Source of the DNA: Polyangiales bacterium
GTDB lineage: Bacteria > Myxococcota_A > Polyangia > Polyangiales > Polyangiaceae
NCBI GenBank assembly: GCA_038230375.1
Contig: JBBRNJ010000135.1
Span: 1 to 12,378 of the forward strand
Reading direction: 5' to 3'
Length of the DNA: 12,378 bases
Under the pieces are notes generated by a model. That model worked only from the letters and a program-made list of their open reading frames with translations, ran no database searches and was not told the origin of the DNA. Shown in pieces: positions 6,489 to 12,378 of the stretch (positions within the stretch are counted from its first letter, which is position 1; every line of letters starts with the position of its first letter). The position numbers and the translations under genes are program-made.

Positions 6489-8591
6489 CTAGTGCGGTGG
6501 GCTGCCAGCGTCCGTCGGCTTGCGCAGGTCGTCGGGGAAGAACGCGCCCAGCCTCCGCGGCGACACCAGGAACACCGCGCGCGCGTTGCCGACCACGGCT
6601 GCGTAACCCTTTGGCGTCTTCGCGCCCAGCGTGAGGCGGAGCTTCGCATTGGCGCCGGCGTCGCTCGTGTACGTGAGCCCGAGCTCCAGTGTGGGGGTGC
6701 TCATCCCGTCGTCGGCCACGGGCTCGCCAAGGTGCAGCACGCGATCGAACGCGAGCGACTCGAGCTGCCCGAACGCCTCGCCCGACTCGTCGCCAGGTCG
6801 CAGCGTGATCGTGGTCCCGCCCTTCTTCACCTGGATCTCGCTGAGGGCGCCGGGCGGATGCGGAAGCTCCGTATCAATGTAGATTGCATGCATCAGATCG
6901 GACACCGACACGGGCACCACCGCGACCGCGGGATCGTCGTCGACGCGCGCGAAGATGCCGCCCTGCCCGGCGGAGCCCAGGGACAGCGTGTGGGTCGTGC
7001 TCCCGGCCTCGTCCTTGGTCCGGAACGACACCTTGCACGACGACGTCTTCGTCTTCCATGCGCCGCGATCTTCGTCCGCGACCCAGGCGTCGGCGCGCAG
7101 GCGCGTGAGGTTCTCGGCCAGGCCGTGGAGGCCAGGCTCGTCCACGGCGAAGCCTGGCGGAGCGAGCAGCACGAACGCGAGCGGGTTCTTCGGATCGCGC
7201 TCGAACACCTGCAGCGCGCCGCAGTCCAGCGTCACCTGGGAGATCTCCGACGCATCGATCGATTCGGGGAAGATGCGCGGCGCGCGAAGCAGCGTCCTGC
7301 GTGGAAGCAGCGCGGCCGTCAGCGTCTCGCTCGCGGAGAGCACGGCGCCGTCCATGAGCCGCCGGATGTGCGCGCGCCCGATCTCGATCTCCTCGTCGCC
7401 GACAGCCGTGCGCACGCGCACCTTGCCCAGTGCGGGCTCGTCGGTCGAGAAGCCGCGCACGAAGCTGGCGCCCTCCGCCTTGTCGATGATCGTGAGCAGG
7501 TGCCCCGCGACGCGCGCCTCGTCCGCGTCGAGCGCGCGGTCCTCGGGTGCGCGCATGTGGAAGCCGCTGCCCGTTCGCGCCAGCTCCACCGTCTTGTCGC
7601 CAGAGGTCAGGATCACGTCCTCGATCTCGTCGAAGCGATAGGTGAACGCGCCCTCGTCGACGTATGCATCTGGCGCCGCGGACAGGCGCTCCACGGCGCC
7701 CTTCGGCACGCACGCGCCGATCGGATCGGGTGCCTCGCGATAGAAGATCAGCTGCTCCGGATGACCCGGACACGCGCCGCCAACGCGGAAGATCCCCGCA
7801 GGCTTCTGTGCCTCCGTGGGCTTCATGGCCACGCGCAGCACGGGGTTCTCCGTCAGGCGCTTCGCTTCATCCGTGGGAAAATAGGCCTCGGAACGCAGGT
7901 CCGCGAGCGCGCCCCACATGCGATCGATCTTCGTACGCGACGCCCGCACGCCCAGCGGCTCGATCCTGAACGCGATGGGTGTCAGGCGCGTGAGCTTCCA
8001 CGGCCCCGCCGGCGACGTCACCTCCACCCAGTCCAGCTGCAGTGAGAGGTACGGTACGACCGCGCGGCTCCGGTAGTGCTCGCCATGCGCAAGGAGCGCA
8101 TCCGTCACCTCCTTGGAGATCACGACGGGCTCCTGGCCCTTCAGTCGGAAGTAGCTCGCCCCCTCGGGAGTCGGAGCGGCCGCGCCGACCTCGAAGTCGA
8201 ACGTGATCGCGCCCATCATGACCTTGCCGCGCACGCGAGGCTTGTCCCACCCGCCCACGTCGGAGGACGACTTGCGGATGGGGCGCCCGTGCTCGAGCGA
8301 GATGAGCAGGCTCTCCACGCTGGCGTAGTCGGCCTGGTCTGGCCGCGGCTGCGTCATGGTCCACGTGCCCACGCCGCCATCGTCACCGTGCTTGTCGAGC
8401 GTCAGCGTTTCATCCGGAAAAACAAGCTCGAAACGCGTCACCTGATCGCGGCGCCACGCGGGAAAGAGATCGCCCTCGCGCGCGGTGCGCTCGATGTCGG
8501 TGACGTTGTTGCGATCGACGTACGCGTAGGTGAGGAGCGCCACCGCAAGCACTCCCGTCACCACGAGCGACGCGTGCTTTCTCACGTTCAC
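6489..8591 (-). CDS. Large N-terminally membrane-anchored extracytoplasmic protein, about 700 aa. It occupies the position of the DUF4340-type partner of GldG ABC clusters.
   Basis: The GTG at 8591 overlaps the GldG-like stop TGA by 4 bp (GTGA). An AAGGA lies 9 nt upstream. The N-terminus is MNVRKHASLVVTGVLAVALLTYAYV, a single TM segment. The rest of the protein is compositionally complex and non-repetitive (W/Y/F/D/K-containing), so it looks like a real protein. The stop is TAG at 6491-6489. Assigning the DUF4340 family from synteny is an inference. Confidence 0.6.
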   Translation of the reverse strand: MNVRKHASLVVTGVLAVALLTYAYVDRNNVTDIERTAREGDLFPAWRRDQVTRFELVFPDETLTLDKHGDDGGVGTWTMTQPRPDQADYASVESLLISLEHGRPIRKSSSDVGGWDKPRVRGKVMMGAITFDFEVGAAAPTPEGASYFRLKGQEPVVISKEVTDALLAHGEHYRSRAVVPYLSLQLDWVEVTSPAGPWKLTRLTPIAFRIEPLGVRASRTKIDRMWGALADLRSEAYFPTDEAKRLTENPVLRVAMKPTEAQKPAGIFRVGGACPGHPEQLIFYREAPDPIGACVPKGAVERLSAAPDAYVDEGAFTYRFDEIEDVILTSGDKTVELARTGSGFHMRAPEDRALDADEARVAGHLLTIIDKAEGASFVRGFSTDEPALGKVRVRTAVGDEEIEIGRAHIRRLMDGAVLSASETLTAALLPRRTLLRAPRIFPESIDASEISQVTLDCGALQVFERDPKNPLAFVLLAPPGFAVDEPGLHGLAENLTRLRADAWVADEDRGAWKTKTSSCKVSFRTKDEAGSTTHTLSLGSAGQGGIFARVDDDPAVAVVPVSVSDLMHAIYIDTELPHPPGALSEIQVKKGGTTITLRPGDESGEAFGQLESLAFDRVLHLGEPVADDGMSTPTLELGLTYTSDAGANAKLRLTLGAKTPKGYAAVVGNARAVFLVSPRRLGAFFPDDLRKPTDAGSPPH

Positions 8592-10219
8592 GATTCCGCG
8601 TCCTTGTCCTTCGATGCTTCGGAGGAGGCGTCCTTCTTCTTTCGCTTCTTCGTATCCTTCGGTGCGGGGGCCCCGCTCGTCTTGGCCTTCTTGGTGCCGC
8701 CCTCGCCCTTCTTGCGCAGGTACAGGATGGTGCCGCCCAGGATGGCGATCGCGAGCGGCATGTAGATGAGCACGTAGCGGCGGACGTCGCTGATGCTCGC
8801 CTCGTCCATCTTCACGCCCAGCGAGAGGCTCTGACGCTCCGGGATGTCCAGCACCACGGGCTTCGCCGCAAGCCAGGAGACGACGCTGTCCAGGAAGAGC
8901 GCGGCGCCACGATCGGCCAGCGTCTCGCGCCAGTTCTGTCCCACGAAGAAGCTCGCGCTGGCCATCACGATCATGCGGGGACCGTGCGGCGCGTTTGCGG
9001 TGAGCTTGGGTCGCTCGCTCGCCATGGCGAGGATCACGGGGCCCGGCACGTCCGTCCCCTTCCTCTCCGGTGGGCCGCTCCAGCTCGCCGCGCCGGAGAC
9101 GTCGGTCACACCGAATGCCTGATCGGTCGTCGCGAGCAGATCGAGCGCGGATGCTGCGCCGGGCTCGCTCGAGTGCCGGAGCGCGCGCGCAAACTTCACC
9201 TTCACGCGCGGCGTGGTCTTCTGCCCGTCCTCGGACGGAAGCAAGCCGCTGGTGACCGCGTGTGGCCGCACCTCCGCGTAGAAGCCAAGGCCCTCGCCCT
9301 CGATCACTCTCTTCGGATCGCGCTCCACGGCGAGCGCGTCTTCCAGCTTCACGCCGAACGGCGAGAGGACGCTGTCGAGGCCTGCGGACTGCATGCCCGT
9401 GGGCGAGTCCCCGGTGATGGGCGAGACACCCACGAGCACGTTGCCGCCGGACATCGCGAACGTGCGGAGCGCCTCTGCCTCCTCCTTCTTCCACGGGCCG
9501 CGCGGACCAGCGACCACGGCGACGTCGCACCCTTCCCACACGCGCTCGGCGCCGGGCGCGGTCGTGTCCACCGGATGCACCGTGTAGTTGTCCTTCTCGA
9601 GCAGCGTGCGCAGCTGCCCGAGCCCGCGGTCGGTGCCGTCGTCCAGGGACATCTCGCCGTGGCCAACGGAGAAGCAGAGCACGGACTTCTGCCCGCCGAG
9701 CACGTTGCGAATGGCGCCGGTGACGGCCTCTTCTTCGCGCGGCTTTGCGCGGCCTTCGCTGGTGCCGCTCACCTCGAAGAGATCGCTCGCAGTGACGAAC
9801 CAGTGCTTGTCCTCGCGCGCGACCACGATGACAGCGTCGGCGACCAGGCGCCCATCCTCCGTGCGACCTGCCTCGATGTGGAAGCGGCGCTTCACGTCCT
9901 CGAACTTGGCGGTGTCGCGATCGGGATCAATGTATTTTACATCCAGTTTGTCGGTCTCTGCGCGGTAGGAGACCAGCAGCTGCTTCACGCTCTCACCGAG
10001 CGGATCGCCGGGGCCCATCAGCACCCACACCTCCATCGTGCCGGGCAATGAATGCAGCGTCTCGATCGTGGGCCGCGAGAGCGAGTAGCGCTTGTTCTCC
10101 GTCATGTCCCAGCGCGAAAAATGGCGCGCGCCGATGATGTTGGCGGTCACCATCGCGACGAACGCAAAGACCACGCTGAGCAGCTTGCCGGCCTGCCCCG
10201 GACCCAGGAAGCGTCTCAC
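8588..10219 (-). CDS. gldG: GldG-like ABC-transporter auxiliary component (ABC_transp_aux family), 543 aa.
   Basis: The N-terminal TM segment is LLSVVFAFVAMVTANIIGARHF. A large extracytoplasmic domain follows. The C-terminal TM segment is LIYMPLAIAILGGTILYL, followed by a Lys-rich tail. The GTG start at 10219 overlaps the permease stop TGA (GTGA). It sits in the conserved position, immediately after the ABC-2 permease. Confidence 0.72.
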   Translation of the reverse strand: MRRFLGPGQAGKLLSVVFAFVAMVTANIIGARHFSRWDMTENKRYSLSRPTIETLHSLPGTMEVWVLMGPGDPLGESVKQLLVSYRAETDKLDVKYIDPDRDTAKFEDVKRRFHIEAGRTEDGRLVADAVIVVAREDKHWFVTASDLFEVSGTSEGRAKPREEEAVTGAIRNVLGGQKSVLCFSVGHGEMSLDDGTDRGLGQLRTLLEKDNYTVHPVDTTAPGAERVWEGCDVAVVAGPRGPWKKEEAEALRTFAMSGGNVLVGVSPITGDSPTGMQSAGLDSVLSPFGVKLEDALAVERDPKRVIEGEGLGFYAEVRPHAVTSGLLPSEDGQKTTPRVKVKFARALRHSSEPGAASALDLLATTDQAFGVTDVSGAASWSGPPERKGTDVPGPVILAMASERPKLTANAPHGPRMIVMASASFFVGQNWRETLADRGAALFLDSVVSWLAAKPVVLDIPERQSLSLGVKMDEASISDVRRYVLIYMPLAIAILGGTILYLRKKGEGGTKKAKTSGAPAPKDTKKRKKKDASSEASKDKDAES

Positions 10220-10971
10220 GCGTCACCCCAGCGCCAGGAGTCCACCACGCGTGTGGTGCAGAAGAGCGAGAGCGCGACGATGCTTCCGTAGAAGACCAGG
10301 CGGCGCGAGTCGATGATGCCGCTGCCGAAGTCGTTCATGTGCGCCCAGACGGAGACGTGCGCGCAGACGTCGTGGAGGGTCTGCCCCTCGTGCGTGACGA
10401 ACTCGCCCACGCCCAGGATGAAGAGGCCCATGATGCAGAGCGCGGTGAGGATCAGCGCCAGGAACTGGCTCTTCGTGAGCGCGCTCATGAGGAGCCCCAG
10501 CGACAGGTACCCCGCGCCAACGCAGAACACGCCCAGATATGCGGCAGACGCGACGTGCCAGTCGATGGGGCCTGTGCGATTCAGGATGACGAGATAGAGC
10601 ACCGTGGGCGCCCACATCGACACGTAGGTGACCAGGGCGGACACGTACTTCGCGAGCACGACGGCGGCGGGCGACACGGGCGCGGTGAGCAGCGTCTCCA
10701 CGGTGCCGCTGCGACGCTCCTCTGCGAAGAGGCGCATGGTGATCGGCGGCACCAGGAGGAAGAGCACCAGGTAGAGGAGCACCGTGTTGCCGAAGAATGC
10801 CTGCAGCGGCGTCTGATCGCTGATCACCTCGGCCTGGTTCGAGAAGTGATCGACGAGCAGGTAGAAGTGCATGCCCTGCACGAGCAGGAACACGCAGATG
10901 AGGACCCATGCGAGCGGCGTCACGAAGAACGTGAACACCTCGCGCTTCAGGATGGGCCAGAAGCCGCGCAT
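10216..10971 (-). CDS. gldF: ABC-2 type transporter permease (GldF-like), 251 aa.
   Basis: It is a multi-pass hydrophobic protein that starts MRGFWPILKREVFTFFVTPLAWVLICVFLLV and contains FAEERRSGTVETLLTAPVS, which is typical of ABC-2 permeases. The ATG at 10971 directly abuts the ATPase stop TAG (TAGATG). SD GGAGGA lies 8 nt upstream, inside the ATPase 3' end. Confidence 0.8.
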   Translation of the reverse strand: MRGFWPILKREVFTFFVTPLAWVLICVFLLVQGMHFYLLVDHFSNQAEVISDQTPLQAFFGNTVLLYLVLFLLVPPITMRLFAEERRSGTVETLLTAPVSPAAVVLAKYVSALVTYVSMWAPTVLYLVILNRTGPIDWHVASAAYLGVFCVGAGYLSLGLLMSALTKSQFLALILTALCIMGLFILGVGEFVTHEGQTLHDVCAHVSVWAHMNDFGSGIIDSRRLVFYGSIVALSLFCTTRVVDSWRWGDA

Positions 10972-11958
10972 CTAGTCGTCCTCCTCTTCCGGATCCACCG
11001 CGTCGACGCCAGTGGGGCCCGCAGTGCGTGTCAGCTCTGCGAAGACGTCCTCGAGCGTGCTCTTCTCGACGGTGACGGAGCGAACGAAGAGACCTGCGCC
11101 CACGAGCGCGGCCACGGCGGCTTCGGTGGCGAGCCCAGGCTCCGCGAGGCCCTTCTTCCAGCGCGCCTGCGCGTTGAGGAGCGTGGGATCCTGGGTGTCT
11201 GGCGTTGTCGTGATCTTTCCGAATGAGCCGCTCTGGGTCAGGATGCGCACGCACGTGGCCGGCTCGCCGCGGACGACGAACGAGAGCCCGGCGGAGCGCC
11301 GCTTCTTCTGGATCTCCTCCTTGGTTCCGCGCGCGACGAGCTTGCCCTTGTTGATGACGACGACCTCGTCGCAGCTGGCCTCGACCTCGGAGAGGATGTG
11401 CGTGGACAGGAGGACCGTGTGCTCCTTGCCGAGCGACTTGATGACGTCGCGCACCTCACGCATCTGGTTGGGGTCGAGGCCGGCGGTGGGCTCATCCAGG
11501 ATGAGGAGCGGCGGCTTGGCGACGAGCGCATCCGCGAGACCGACGCGCTGTCGGTAGCCCTTGGAGAGATCTCCGATGGTGCGCGTGGCGACGTCGGTCA
11601 CGCGAGCGCGCTCCATCGCGAGGTCGACGAAGGGCCTGCGATCCTTGCGCGGAACCTCCTTCAGCTCGGCGCGGAAGCGGAGGTACTCGACGACGCGCAT
11701 CTCGGGGTAGAGCGGCACGGCCTCCGGCATGTAGCCCGTGGCGCGCTTGGCGTCGTAGGTGTCGACCTGGTGGCCGTCGATGGTGACCTCACCCGCGGTC
11801 CGACCAAGGAAGCCGGACAGGATGCGGAGCGTTGTGCTCTTGCCGGCCCCGTTCGGCCCGAGGAACCCCACCACGCTGCCCTTTTCGACCTCGAACGAGA
11901 GGTCGTCGACCGCGACATGCGATCCGTAGTGCTTCACCAGGTTGCGGACGGAGATCAC
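10972..11958 (-). CDS. gldA: ABC transporter ATP-binding protein (GldA-like), 328 aa, counted from GTG 11958.
   Basis: Walker A is GPNGAGKST. The Q-loop, the signature LSKGYRQR, Walker B LLILDEPTAGLD and the H-loop LSTHIL are all present. The ORF track starts at ATG 12150. I chose GTG 11958 instead (MISVRNLVKHYG..., the canonical ABC N-terminus), for two reasons. Codon usage 5' of it is strongly non-coding (TTA, ATA, CGA, AGG, ACT, TCT, TTT, TAT), while 3' of it all codons are preferred. GGGGAcAAGG also sits 6-15 nt upstream. Confidence 0.82.
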   Translation of the reverse strand: MISVRNLVKHYGSHVAVDDLSFEVEKGSVVGFLGPNGAGKSTTLRILSGFLGRTAGEVTIDGHQVDTYDAKRATGYMPEAVPLYPEMRVVEYLRFRAELKEVPRKDRRPFVDLAMERARVTDVATRTIGDLSKGYRQRVGLADALVAKPPLLILDEPTAGLDPNQMREVRDVIKSLGKEHTVLLSTHILSEVEASCDEVVVINKGKLVARGTKEEIQKKRRSAGLSFVVRGEPATCVRILTQSGSFGKITTTPDTQDPTLLNAQARWKKGLAEPGLATEAAVAALVGAGLFVRSVTVEKSTLEDVFAELTRTAGPTGVDAVDPEEEDD

Positions 11959-12035
11959 GAACGGCCTTGTCCCCGTATACCACGCAGAAAAGTTTCGTAT
12001 GGCGTCGATTCGGCCTAATTTCCGGGTAGTCATGC
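11959..12035 (-). promoter_or_regulatory. AT-rich 5'UTR and candidate promoter of the ABC operon, with an extended -10 element TGgTATAC.
   Basis: The minus strand reads ...gccatacgaaacttttctgcgTGgTATACggggacaaggccgttcGTG. The extended -10 lies at plus 11975-11983. No convincing -35 is present. The region is locally AT-rich in a roughly 70% GC genome. Confidence 0.3.
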
Positions 12036-12177
12036 GGCGCTCAGGGCTCAGAGCAGAGACGCTACTCACGCTGGCAGTGTTCGCCGGCGTCGGGGTGCAC
12101 TGCGTGCGGAGTGAAGGGGCAGCGGGAGAGGGGACGAGGACGTCGTTCATAGGGACGCTGGCGAGCGCGGGGTCAAC

Positions 12178-12378
12178 GACTTCGACGACGACTTCGACGA
12201 CGACTTCGACGACGACTTCGACTTCGACGACGACTTCGACTTCGACGACGACCTCGACCTCGACCTCACCCTCGACCTCACCCTCGACCTCGACCTCACC
12301 CTCGACCTCGACCTCGACCTCACCCTCGACCTCGACCTCGACCTCGACCTCACCCTCGACCTCGACCTCGACCTCACC
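12178..12378. repeat. Hexanucleotide-based tandem-repeat array, cut by the window end. Its status as coding or non-coding is unresolved.
   Basis: On the plus strand, (TTCGAC GACGAC)n runs from 12178 to 12252. It then switches to (CTCGAC)n interspersed with CTCACC through 12378. The possible translations are F-D-D-D/(DL)nT on the plus strand, with no start codon after the stop at 12112. On the minus strand the array reads (GEVEVEVE)n in one frame and (RS)n/(SSSK)n in another (track ORF 12147..12377). Confidence 0.8.

Noticed and set aside
4334-6634. 766-aa plus-strand ORF
   Set aside because: It is an antisense shadow of the MVP-like gene. Its Arg/Leu-rich product mirrors the Ala/Glu coiled coil on the other strand.
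6381-9539. Plus ORF 6381..8045, minus ORF 6874..7773, plus ORF 8984..10051 and the N-terminal 316 aa of track ORF 6489..9539
   Set aside because: They are shadows of the DUF4340-like and GldG-like genes. The real DUF4340-like start is GTG 8591, coupled to the gldG stop. Upstream of that, the ORF runs in another frame through gldG and is Arg/Gly-rich.
10223-11254. 343-aa minus ORF and 295-aa plus ORF 10339..11226
   Set aside because: They are alternative frames over the permease and ATPase genes, Arg/His/Glu-rich junk.
11959-12150. ATG 12150 (and ATG 12033) as the ABC ATPase start
   Set aside because: The intervening codons are dominated by rare codons (TTA, ATA, CGA, AGG, TCT, ACT). GTG 11958 gives the canonical N-terminus with an SD.
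12178-12378. CRISPR array or SR-protein gene interpretation of the hexamer repeats
   Set aside because: The period is 6 with no spacer/repeat alternation, so it is not CRISPR. The RS frame relies on AGG, a rare Arg codon, so a genuine RS-repeat protein is unlikely, though it cannot be excluded without the upstream sequence.

Overview
This is a high-GC (about 70%) window that looks myxobacterial or deltaproteobacterial (GldG-type ABC cluster, a sigma-54-like promoter element). Almost all real genes are on the minus strand. Most of the long R/G/A-rich ORFs in the six-frame track are antisense or out-of-frame shadows of these genes. 

Gene order, high to low coordinate on the minus strand:
- a hexanucleotide tandem-repeat array, cut by the window end
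- an AT-rich promoter and 5'UTR
- a four-gene ABC cluster joined by overlapping or abutting start/stop codons: GldA-like ATPase (start revised to GTG 11958), ABC-2 permease, GldG-like auxiliary protein, and a large membrane-anchored DUF4340-like protein
- a 130-bp spacer carrying a sigma-54-like -24/-12 element
- an unmistakable homolog of the eukaryotic major vault protein (MVP), about 685 aa
- a Dam-family GATC-type N6-adenine DNA methyltransferase, with an AAGGTGG ribosome-binding site
- 5-formyltetrahydrofolate cyclo-ligase, overlapping the methylase stop by ATGA

A Fur-family metalloregulator lies on the plus strand, convergent on the cyclo-ligase with only a 2-bp gap. It is divergent from a secreted PAP2 phosphatase, which is followed by a lipoprotein gene that the ORF track misses because it runs off the window at position 1. 

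The headline finding is a bacterial vault-shell protein. It has a shortened repeat region and sits in an apparent operon with an orphan Dam methylase, just downstream of an envelope ABC/GldG module. 

Everything here comes from reading the sequence. No database searches were run.
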